DNA of 63,468 bases, filler included, from Ministeria vibrans ATCC 50519 (taxonomy: Eukaryota > Protista > Filasterea), in the NCBI GenBank assembly GCA_943704425.1. It is 4 parts of 4 records of this genome, joined end to end, with 100 filler letters (N's around TTAATTAATTAA, not from the genome) between each part and the next. Parts side by side here need not be neighbours in the genome. Positions count along the whole stretch, not along the records: positions 1 to 31,078 come from CALSCP010000313.1; 3 more parts are not named here. One strand, written 5' to 3'. Position 1 is the first letter of the stretch, and the number at the start of each line of letters is the position of its first letter. The notes under the pieces are model-generated. The model saw nothing but the letters and a program-made list of their open reading frames with translations, did no database searches and was not told where the DNA came from. The position numbers were made by a program, and so were the translations under genes. Positions 1-10,985 of the stretch are shown here, in pieces.

Positions 1-198
1 ACGCTCAACATTGCTGACGCGCTTACCCTCACCAACAGCGGGGTGGTGTCCTTGCAGTCCTCGGCCTTCTTCCAGACCAACGCCCATTTGATCCGTTCGG
101 GCGCGTATCCTCTCTACACTGCCACCACTGCCAACGGCGCAACGTACTATGAGCACAACGTCAAATCTGTCTTTGTCTTTGAGCTTGTCGCCTTTTGA
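1..198 (+). CDS. 3' end of an unidentified protein-coding gene (partial, runs in from the window edge)
   Basis: Frame 1 is open from base 1 (TLNIADALTLTNSGVVSLQ...KSVFVFELVAF) to TGA at 196-198, with exon-like GC and codon usage followed by a pyrimidine/AT-rich UTR. Confidence 0.55.
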   Translation, partial: TLNIADALTLTNSGVVSLQSSAFFQTNAHLIRSGAYPLYTATTANGATYYEHNVKSVFVFELVAF

Positions 199-451
199 AG
201 GACTTTTATTTCTTTTTTCTTCCACACTTCCCCGTCCTCCTCCCGCCCCTCTTTCGTGCCTTCTTTGTTTTTTTTCTATTTTTTCTCCCCACTCAATACA
301 GGAAAACAAGCATCATAAAAAAGATGCAAAAAAAGTTTCGAAGAATACAAAAATAATTGATTTCACTATCAATCACAAACGAAAAGGTGACAACGCAAAT
401 CGCTCAAGGAGCACTTCGCGACTAAAAATAATATTGATAAAAATCTGATAT

Positions 452-1428
452 TTACACGCTCTGCGGCTCATGAGAGGTCGCTTCATCTCTCATGAGATAA
501 TCGGAACAAATCAAGCGCTGGGCCTCGCGCACTTGTCGTAAGAGTGTTTCAGCGCGCTCCAATGATAAAGCAAGCTCCTTGTGCGCCACAGTGTTGGCGG
601 TGTCAACGGCAGCAATAGATGCAAGCTACGTTCATGTGTGTGTGTGTGTGTGTGTCAAGACACGATGGCACATCACACTCTTCGCTTACCTGTTGCTCCG
701 AACTCACGTCGACACGAGGCAACTGGTCAATAAGACTATTAATTTCACCGTTGGCCACAGCAATGTCGCGCGTGAACATCTCCGACAGATTAGCGCTTTG
801 TTCGTCTGCGGCTACAAGCGACAAGAAAGAAACAAAGATAAAAACAAGTGAGCGACCAAGTCATAGAGCAAGAAACAAAGTGAGAGATAGAGACAAGTGA
901 GAGATCGAGAGAAAGTGAGAGACCAAGTCATAGAAAAAGAAACAAAGTGAGAGATAGAGACAAGTGAGAGATCGAGAGAAAGTGAGAGACCAAGTCATAG
1001 AAAAAGAAACAAAGTGAGAGATAGAGACAAGTGAGAGTGAGCGACCAAGACATAGAGAAAGGAACAAAGTGAGAGACAAGTAAGCAAGTCATAGAGAAAG
1101 AAACAAAGTGAGAGATAGAGGCAAGGTGAGAGCAAGAAGGGAGGCAACGCTTACCTGCGGTCGTCTGCGCAACGCGTGGGATAGCTGAGGGGGAGAGGGA
1201 GAGAGAGCGGAAACAGATGAGACAATACAAAATAAAGTCTTTTGCGCTCGTACCGTTCAGCGAAGAGTCGGCGGACGAAAAGCCGCGAGGTATTGCATCC
1301 CGTTGGATAACACCAAGACTCGTGTAGAAGATTACCGCAAGCTACAAAGGTTGAATGAGCAGTGAAGTTGAAATCCAAAATCTTACATTGTCAACTTTCT
1401 GTTGTAATAAGGTGACGGCATCACTCAT
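452..1428 (-). CDS. MED21: Mediator subunit 21 (Srb7), ~5 exons
   Basis: Spliced product MSDAVTLLQQKVDN|LAVIFYTSLGVIQRDAIP...EMFTRDIAVANGEINSLIDQLP...EQQ|LASIAAVDTAN...LLRQVREAQRLI. It matches the MED21 pattern (MADRLTQLQD...IDVLIDSLP). GT-AG junctions are visible. Confidence 0.85.
825..1135. repeat. Intronic minisatellite (AGAAACAAAGTGAGAGATAGAGACAAG family)
   Basis: Repeated units of roughly 60 bp containing gaaacaaagtgagagatagagacaagtgag inside a MED21 intron. Confidence 0.9.
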
Positions 1429-1613
1429 ACTTTGCACACCCAAAGAGAGTAAGCAAAACAATTGTGGATTTCAATGTGAAATATTGTGAGTATTATAAAA
1501 CTATTATTGAAAAAAAAACTTTTCAGATTTCCGTTTCATTCCCTTCAAGATTGAGATCGTCATCAATTCGATTTTCGATTTCGATTCACAAAAATCAAAA
1601 ATCAAATTTTTCG

Positions 1614-4600
1614 ATGTTTCCTGAGTCCCGTGGTCGGAAACGTCGCCGCTGCGACGAAGCTGATAGTGAAACTATTGAGCAGGACAGTTTTTCTGCGTCG
1701 TTTTCAAATCATCAGGTGAGTTGACCAAACGATTCGAATGGACGAAACTTTTTCGTGAAACCCCCCCCCCCCAAAAAAAAAAAAAGAAAAAGGCTAAAGG
1801 GAAATGAAGTGAAGAAAGAGGACTGCGAAATTGGAGTGCGTGTGACAGGCGCTTCACGGAGCTTGTATGGATGCTCAAACGGGATTTTTGTTTTCTTCCT
1901 ATGACGCGTTTAGACTCTCACTGCTCCTCTCTCCGCTCTGCGCGTCGCCAACACCATCCTCAACGAACTGCGCAAGCAAGAACACCTCTGCGACATCTAT
2001 GTCAACTGCCAGGGGCGGCAGTTCCCCTGTCACTGCGTCGTTCTCATCGCACACAGCAGTTACTTTCGTGGCATGTTCACCGGCTCCTTCGCCGAAGCGC
2101 GTCAGTGGCTCCCTGCTCCCGCCGTCGCCTCCGTCTTTGACCAACATCATCCACAACCCCATTATGCACGACGTCAGCCGGCGCAAGTGACGGGCCCACC
2201 GCCCCTTGTGTCGACGACAACAGCCGAAGCGGTCGCATCGGCTCCGTCTGGTGCTCCTGCGTCCCTTCCCGTCGATAGTGTCCTCTCTGAAAGCGTTTCT
2301 ATGGACATTGACGCCAAATCTACAACCAACGACAACCATGATGACAGCCGTGATGACAACCATATCGACAACTATGACAAGATTGCAACGCTGGTGCGTC
2401 CCACGCCAACACCCGTCAAAGGTGTCAAGCGACAACGATCAACGCCAACAGTGCCCATGCGTCGTAGTCGCAGAACAACGCGTGCCTTGACCTCGGACAA
2501 ATCCACAGCAACCGAGTCGATGGGCGCTGCGAACGAATCCCAGGGCGCGCTTGCCGCCGCGGCAAACGCCGTCGAATCTGCTGCACTTCGAGACTCAGCT
2601 TCCGCCAAACCGCCTACCACTGCCACCCTCACCACTACCACGGCAACTACTAATGCAACGGGAAAGGACAACGAATCGGTCTCGTCACAGTCGTCGTGCG
2701 GCTCACCCGCAGGTGCCGCCACCGACGATGAAGCCGACGGTGACAACGGACCATCGTCGCGTCGCAAGGCAACAAAACACCACCACCACGAGGTGTTGAC
2801 TACCACCACTTCACCACCGGCACCGTCGTTCCCGCGTCCTCCGCCCGTCTTTGATCTGCCCGACATTGACCCCGAGGCGTTTGAGCAGGTGCTCGCGTAC
2901 ATCTACGAGGGCGAGTGCGTCGTCAGTCCCGACAACATTGCCTTCGTTCTCATGGCCGCCGATCGTCTTGTCATCGAGCCACTCTGCCAGCTGTGCGTCG
3001 GCTACCTCATGCAGCACCTCGACACGGGCAACTGTCTCGACGTGTGGCAGTTGGGTCTGGACTCCAGTCGAAACGACCTCACGGAACGCGCGTTGCGCAA
3101 GACACTCAACTACTTCAAGCAGGTTGTACAGTCGCCCGCCTGGCTCGGCATCGACCTCGAGCGTCTCATTCAAATTCTCAAGTCTGAGAACCTCCCGCGC
3201 GACTGCGAGGGCACCGCTTTTGCCGCCGTCGTCAACTGGGTGCGCTGTGGTCTGTCGACCGAGGCCATCGAGCGCGGCGACACCGGCGATGTGGATCCGG
3301 CGGAGCTTGTACAGCGCCAGGCGCAGCTCGACATTCTGCTTCCCCTCTTGCGATTTCCACTCATGGATCCCGACTTTCTGGAGAACGTTGTCGACGCCGA
3401 CCCCTTCATGAAAGAACATCCCATGGGCAAGGATCTCCTGCTTGAGGCCTGGAAGTTTCGCAGCCGCGGCAAACCGATTGGAGATCGCTCGCGAGAGCGC
3501 GCCGGCCGTTGGGATCGCGTCATCCTTCTGGGCGGTCGCCGTGGCGTTGAGTCGCGCAACATGTCGCTGTCGTGGGCGCCCGACGACCGTGAGTGGGAGG
3601 TATTTGACCCGCAACTGCCACAGGGGCGCAAAAATTGCTGTGCGACCACGCTGGGCAACTACATTTACATTGTGGGTGGAAAAATGGGTACCACAGCACA
3701 AAACATGCGACAATGCCCCTCAATCCGTCGGCCTATTTTCCCGGCCAACAGCCCATGGGAGCCATTTGATGTGCAACGCGAGTTTTCACATCGCAGTCGC
3801 TGCCAGCTGGTCGCGTCGCCGGCCAACGACTCGCTTTACGTCGTTGGCGGCCTCAATGCTCACGAGGCGCAACATTCCATGTACCGCTACAACGCGCGCA
3901 CCAACCACACGAGCGAATGCCAGCACATGGGCGTTCGTCGTGGCGGTTGCGGTGCGACCCTCCTCGGCCACCACATCTACGTCTGCGGTGGCTACGACAG
4001 CAACCATCACCTTCAAAGGTATGTTATGTTGTATGTACCCATCTTCTTTATCTTGTGTACTAATCTATGTGTGTCTCTCTGTGTGTGTATGTCTCTCTCC
4101 TTCTCTTCTTTTTTCTCTCTCTTTCCCTGTATTTTTCATGTAGTGCCGAACGTTACTCTATTGAAGGTACACTATCAGCCAAAAAAAAACAAATCAAAAT
4201 AATTGAACTATAATAATAATAATAATAATTAATAATTTATTATTATTGTGATTATTGTAATTATTGTGTGATACTTGTAATTATTGTGTGATACTTGTGA
4301 TTATTGTGATACTTGTGATTATTGTGATTTATTGTGATTATTGTGATTTATTGTGATGTGATGTTTAGAGGATGTCTGGGAACCGATTCGGGACATGAGC
4401 ACAAAGCGACGCAGCTGCTGTGCCGTTGCGTGGTCTGGCAAGATTTGGGTCATTGGTGGCCACAACGGACAGGTGACGATCGCCTAAATTCTTCGACCCT
4501 TTCCGCCAATTAATGTTGACTATTATTTTATGCTGTTCAACCTGATTGTGTAGATGACTTTGAAGACGTGTGAAGTGTACGACCCCAATACCAACACGTG

Positions 4601-4940
4601 GAGTGACTTTGCGTCCATGCACACTGCGCGAGGCGGTTTTGGTGTTGCCATTATTGACGATCGTATTTATGCCATTGGTACACGCACCTATTTTGACAGT
4701 TTTCGTTTCCCTCCTGATTATTATTATGATTCTCACTTTTCCTTTTTCTCAATGTTTGCTGCAGGCGGGCGCAACTCGGCTGATGGGTTCATTAGCTCGG
4801 TGGAGCGCTATGACGCCGCCAACGACAAGTGGGTGTTTGTCACTCCACTTCCAATGCCCTGCAGTCACTTTGGCCTTGTTGTCATCAAGCGTACTAGCAC
4901 CGTCATCAATACTGCTGCTTCTCCCTGTGCTAATGATTAA
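1614..4940 (+). CDS. Kelch-like BTB-BACK-Kelch protein
   Basis: BTB N-half (LCDIYVNCQGRQFPCHCVVLIAHSSYFRGMFTGSFAE) and C-half (LPDIDPEAFEQVLAYIYEG...LMAADRL). BACK domain follows (NCLDVW...AFAAVVNWV...LRFPLM). Kelch repeats follow that (IYIVGG, LYVVGG, IYVCGG, IWVIGG, EVYDPNTNTW, VERYDAANDKW). Several short introns. Confidence 0.9.
4205..4365. repeat. Intronic (AAT)n and (GTGATTATT)n-like microsatellites
   Basis: Visible tandem units in the Kelch gene intron. Confidence 0.85.
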
Positions 4941-5283
4941 ATTTTGATCACGACTATTATTATTATTAAGAAAATAAATTGAGAATCGAGAGCTCAATGT
5001 CAAAACAAGAGCAACAGAAATGCTTCCGCTGGTGACAAAGACCGAATGCGAAAATTAAGACAAAAATACAAAGCACATATGAGACTCTCATGAGAGAGAC
5101 AGAGAGCAGCGCGACGGAGTGTCCCAAAGAAGTCCATGGACCGCGCGCCTTAAATGCCTTTATTTTGATCAACTGATTTTTGAATACCATAATCTATTAA
5201 AATGATAATAATATATTATGATTATTAATTTGATAATAATTAATAATTATTATTGATTAATTTTTTTGTTCACCCAGATCGGA

Positions 5284-6673
5284 ATGCCTCGTGTAAAAGC
5301 TCGAGTCGGTCGTCGGCCTCCACCGTCGCCGGCCGTGGCGACTCCGGCCCGCACTCCGTCGCGATCCACTCGCTCAAGAACGCCCATGGCGGCCGTCGCG
5401 CCTCCTGCCTTTGCGGATGCCGGCAGCGACAGCGACGGTGCCAAGGAGAGCAGCGTGCCCGTTCTGCGACGACTTCGTTCGCGCACCATTTCCCTCAACA
5501 GCTCCCACGCCGGCAGCGACACCGACAGCGACGATCCCAATGCAACTCTGCGTGATTCCGATCACGGCAACGACGACGAAAAGGAAGACGGCGAGGGAGA
5601 AGGAGACGAAGAAGACGACGAAGTGGTTTTTGGCAAGACAGTGACAAACGACAGCGACGACGACAGCGACAGCGACGACGACGACGACAACGAAGGCAGC
5701 GAAGACGAAGACGACGACGAAGGAGATGAAGAAGAAGGAGATGAAGAAGACGATGAAGTGGTTTTTGGCAAGACAGTGACGAACGAGAGCGACGACGATG
5801 AAGAAGACGAAGAAGGAGATAAAGAAGGAGATGAAGAAGGAGATGAAGAAGACGAAGAAGAAGATGAAGAAGAAGACGAAGAGCGACGGGATCAATCGCA
5901 AGAGCAAACATCGCCATCGACGTTTGAGGCATTCCCCTCACGTCCCCCTCTTCCCTCAGCCGACGACCTTTCCCTCCTCTCGCGCGGCCTCTGCTCTCAA
6001 CTCGACCAGGAGCAATACTTGCACTATGGCGACGAAGGCGTCTCCCTTGTACAGTCAAAGAAACAATCCACGAGCAAAGCAGTTGCGCCCGTCGACACTG
6101 CTGCCTTTGTGCGTCCCGACACGTCTCTCGCTGAGAAGCAACGCCACGGCAAAAAGAAGAAGCAGGTAATGAAATGTTCTCTTACCCCTTGAAGTTATGG
6201 TGGGATTGAACTGTCATTGTAGGCACCGACCACGGCGGGTGCCAAGTGGTTTGACATGCCTGCACCGGAAATGACGGAAGAACTGGAGCGCGACCTAAAG
6301 ATTGTGCGCTACCGTAACTACCTCGACCCCAAACACCACTACAAGGGCAACGACGACCGCAACTGGAAGCCAGCTTTTTTCCAGGTTGCCACCGTCGTCG
6401 AGCACAGCGCAGATTACTACGCTGCAAGACTCACCAAGAAAGAGAGAAAGGTCCGTTCTCTCCTCCCATACACACACGCTTTCTCTTCTGTTGCTGACAT
6501 ATTGTATTGATTGTGTGTAGCCCACTCTGGTTGACACATTGTTGTCCGACGCTCAATTCCAACGGTACAACAAACGCAAAATGGCGGAGATTGAAGAATC
6601 GCGGGCTTCGGGCGGGCGCGCACACATGCAAAAGCGACGCAAGATGCGACAGAAGGGAAGGACGATCAAGTAA
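5284..6673 (+). CDS. FCF2: Fcf2/DNTTIP2 pre-rRNA processing protein, 3 exons
   Basis: Acidic N-terminal region, then TTAGAKWFDMPAPEMTEELERDLKIVRYRNYLDPKHHYK...FFQVATVVEHSADYYAARLTKKERK|PTLVDTLLSD, the Fcf2 domain signature. Stop TAA at 6671-6673. Confidence 0.9.
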
Positions 6674-6911
6674 ACGAAAGCGCGTTTGTATTTTCACATC
6701 AAGACGTAGTATGACTTGAGTCGTGACTTATATATACCTATCAGTCTCTCTCAATAATAATAATAATAATAATAATAAAATTAATTATTATTATTAATAA
6801 TAAAAATAATATTAATTATTATTAATATTAAAATAATGTCTTCTCTCTCACTCTCAGTGACTCAGTCTCTCAGTCTCTCTCAATGTATTTTTTTTTCCGC
6901 TGATCGATTCT

Positions 6912-8823
6912 ATGCTATTGCTCACAGCGACTGTGATCGCACTGATCGCATCGTCATCGGCGGCCGCCAACCCCGTCGCGGTGTGCGGCACAGCAGAAGC
7001 GCAAGTCGCCCTCGAATCCCTCAAAGGATCCCTCGCGTGCCCTGGCCACGACCTTTATGACAGTGTCCTTGGTTCATTGTACAATCTCCAGGCTGTCCCG
7101 CGTCCTCACGCCGTCGTTTTGGTATCCATTTGCTGATTGTTTCCTTTTTCGTTTTTTTATGACGTTTTTTTTTGAATTCTTTTCTCTCCTCTCCTTCACC
7201 TCTCCCTCTTTGTCCCTCTCCTTCTCTCCCACCATCATCTGTCTCCTTCCCTTGTGTCTCTTCGCACCAACCTCGGCGTGTAACTGTGCTTGCTGTGACT
7301 GCTTTCAGGTCAACGACACGCACGACGTCCAGACAGCCGTGCGTCTTGCCGATGCTCTCTCGCTCACCGTCACCGTCAAGAGCGGCGGTCACGACCCCTC
7401 TGGGTACAGCCTGTCGGGTGGACTTGTCATTGACATGGTGCGCATGAAGCAGCGTACCGTCGATCCCGTCCAGCGCCTCCTGACGGTCGAGACGGGCTGC
7501 ACTTGGGGTGACGTCTACGCTGCCACCGACCCACATTCGTTGGTGGCCGTTGGCGGCACGTGTTCTCTTGTCGGGGTTGGTGGCTTCCTTACCATGGGTG
7601 GCATGTCTCTGCTTTCGGGCCTCCATGGCTTCAGCATCGACACCATCGTGTCGGCGACCGTCGTCCTCGCCAATGGCACCCTTGTCACCACATCGCGTGA
7701 AGTTCACCCGCGTCTTTTCTGGGCTATTCGTGGCGCAGGCTCCAGCAATTTTGGTGTTATTGTTTCCGTAAGATGAGCAGAATTGGACCAAACCACGCAA
7801 TTGTCTTGCTCAACTCTCCACTTTTAGTTCCAGTTGCGTTTGTTTCAGGGCCGTTCCACTTATTATGGCGCTGTGCCCTGTAGCGGCGACCTCTACTCGC
7901 CCGAAGAGGCGCTTGCCAAGTGGGAAGCACTCACAGCGCTTGCTCTTGACTTGGACTCAGACTCGCGTATCGCGCTAACCCCAATGATTAGCGCCACCCA
8001 GAAATCATCGTCTCCCTCCGGAATGTCATTTCGCCTGTGTGCCTTCTGGTCGTACTTTGGGCCGGTGAAGAACGCCCTTGCGCTTGTGGAGAAACTCGCT
8101 CCCATTGTGGACAACGCCCAAATCAATCGTATGGGCGTCACCAAGTATGTCTTCACCAAGAGCCGCTACAAGAAGTATGCAGACTTGGCCATGGGCTTGG
8201 AACTACCGCGTTTCCACGACCATTTGTCTTGGAAGAGCGCCGTTCTGCACAACATCGACAATGAGCTGATGTCTCGCGTCTTTCACACTCTGAAAAGTGG
8301 CGTGGCCAATGCGCGCGCCGCTGAAGGCATCGTGTTCTCGATGACACTCGAGCTCTTTCGTGGCTCCGCACGTGACAAATCGCACGGCGGTTCGTTTGCG
8401 CACCGTGACGCCGACGGTGTTCTCTCCGTCAGTTCGCTAATGATCGACTCCAACCAATGGCAGGATTCCGTTGTCGAAGAGGCGCGTACCGACACCATGG
8501 ACGGCGTCCTTTTCAATCTGATTGCTGCCGCAGGCGAAAGCGCTCGTGGCACCTACCATGGCTACTCGATCGCGGAGGCACGCTCGGGCGATACCTACTG
8601 GCTTGACTCGCTGCCCGACCTTCAGAATATCCAGGTCGAATACGGTGCCGAGCATCTCTTCTCGTCGCGCGCTCGCGTTGGCGGTGGCTCCCCACGCCCC
8701 GACATGCGTTCTGCACTCCACGACTATGGGCGACGTCCTCACACCCTTCGAAGTGTCGCCAATGTGACGACGAGAAACTGTGACTTCATTGAGTCGACCC
8801 TCAATTCGGCATATCGCAAGGAG

Positions 8824-8872
<49 letters not shown>

Positions 8873-10407
8873 TGGAAGGAGAAAAAAACTCAGCCGCCGA
8901 CCTCGCGATCCAGCCAGCCCTGGCGTGGTTGGATGTCGCAGCCGCGCCCGAAGTCGACTTGCCAATGTACAACACGACGCTTCATTGCTACAGCAGTGAA
9001 GTGTACAACCGTTCCGTTGAGCGCACCTTTAGCACCTACCCGAAGCGCACTCCCTTTGCCGTCGTACACGTCACTTCTACCGCCCAAATTTCGTTTATTT
9101 TGCGCTCCTTGGCAGGTAGTAACACCATCGTAACGGTCCTATCGGGTGGACACAGTTCGACACGCTCGAGTGTTCTTGATCGTAGTGTCGTCCTCGACGT
9201 GGCGGCGCTCAACTCAATCCATGTGGATGTCGAGGGTCTTACGACGACCGTGGGTGCGGGTGTGCTGTGGGGCGATCTTTATGGTGCTCTTGACGAGCAC
9301 GGTCTTGTGGCGGTGGGCGCCTCGGAAGTGTCCGTCTCCGTCGTGGGCTTTCTTCTCAACGGTGGTATCTCGGCTTTATCGCATCTCAAGGGTCTTGGCT
9401 GTGACCAGGTGATACGCTTTAGTGCTGTGCTTGGCAACGGCACCGTGCTTGACCTCGTCGACGACCAGCACCACTCAGACCTTTTCTGGGCACTGCGTGG
9501 CGGCGGCGGCGCCGGTTTTGCCGTTGTTACAAGCGCCACTCTGCGTGTGTTTGTCCACCACGAACGTTACTACATGGGCTCGGTCGTGTTACGTGATCTG
9601 CCCTCGCCCGAAGCTGCCCGTGAATTGGCCCACCAGCTCTTTACCCTGTCCGAGGAGCGCGCGAGCGAACAACGCGCTCTCGTGCGGCCCCTTGTCTCCG
9701 TCATCGAAACAGTACACGACGATGGACACACGACGCTTACCTATTCGGTGGGACTTATCTTCACACTGCACCACATGAACCTCGACGAGGCAGTGGCTCT
9801 TCTGGATCCCTTGCTTCGCTTGATACACTCTCGCGAATTAGTCAAGCTTGGTACGCGGCGCTATCTGGCGCTTCGTTGCCGGTTCAAATCTCTGTTGAAA
9901 GGGACAAAATCACTCAATATCTTCCCAATGCGTCACACCATGCTGCAACGGTCGCTCATTCTCGACGATGCCGGATCCGAAACCATCGACACCGTCATCG
10001 ACGCCCTCTTCGCGCCGACCCCAAGCCCCACCAACACCGCCACATCCATGCGCTCTTTTGTCGTCGAGGCAATCCACGGAGAAATGTCCGCGTCGGCACA
10101 CACAAACGCCAAGACCTCGTTTCCCCAGTCGTTCCGCAATGCCTCTGCACTCATCTCGCTTGTCGCCTACATGCATTCACACTGCTCGCGTGCACACGCC
10201 CCCAATGGCGCTGTTGACGCCAACGAGTGGCTCGTGAGTGCGTGGAATCAACTGCGACACCGTTCTTACGGCAGCTATGTTGGCCATCGCGACGCCCTCT
10301 TGAAACGCACCGACTCGTATCGGCAGTACTTTGCCGAGAATGCCGACCGTCTCATTGCCATTAAGCGTGACTACGCTGGATTTGACACCTTTGGCTATGA
10401 GCTGTAA
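6912..10407 (+). CDS. Secreted FAD-linked oxidoreductase with two tandem berberine-bridge-enzyme-like units
   Basis: Signal peptide MLLLTATVIALIASSSAAA. Unit 1: VKSGGH, GTCSLVGVGGF, LFWAIRGAGSSNFGVI. PolyQ linker. Unit 2: LSGGH, GAGVLWGDLY, DLFWALRGGGGAGFAVVT, and a C-terminal YVGH...YFAENADRLIAIKRDY BBE-type tail. Two introns. Confidence 0.85.
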
Positions 10408-10610
10408 TTAAACAATGAATGCACACTATTAATAATATCGTTCGTATATTTTCGTTCTCGCTTTCTACAATAATTATTATTATTATATTTTATTATTATT
10501 AATTTAATTTTTATTATTAAATTATAAAATATATTATTATAAAAAGAGGTACTAAATAAAGGAGGAGGGTTCTTTTGTATACATTTCCTCATGCAGTTCT
10601 CTAATACACT

Positions 10611-10953
10611 TTAAATATCCAACACACCGTCGCTGTGCTTGTGATGCTGCACCTCGGCTCGAAACGCATCGCCCGCTCGAACAGTCTGTCGGTCGCGCTC
10701 CTCTCGTAACGACAGCCGCATGGCAACAATCTTTCGCACGAGCTCTTCGCGCTCTTCACCTACAACTGCCTCGCTTCGCACCTTGGCCACACACCGCTCA
10801 ATCTCCGCCTTCATCTCTTCCACCACATCGCTCTCGGGCACGAGCGGACGAGGCGAAATGGGAGCCAATGCATCAAGTTCAAATGGGTTGCGCCCAGTGA
10901 TTGGAGAGGACAAGGAACCTTGATGTTGTTCTTGTCTTTGTGGCAATTGTTGT

Positions 10954-10985
<32 letters not shown>

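Noticed and set aside
2811-3713. Long antisense ORFs (also 15169-16410, 20743-21690, 43925-44542, 50219-51217)
   Set aside because: Shadow ORFs caused by GC-rich codon bias of the real genes on the opposite strand. They contain no recognisable motifs.
7122-7308. Possible U12-type intron (GTATCCAT donor)
   Set aside because: The donor deviates from GTATCCTT and no TCCTTAAC branch site is visible.
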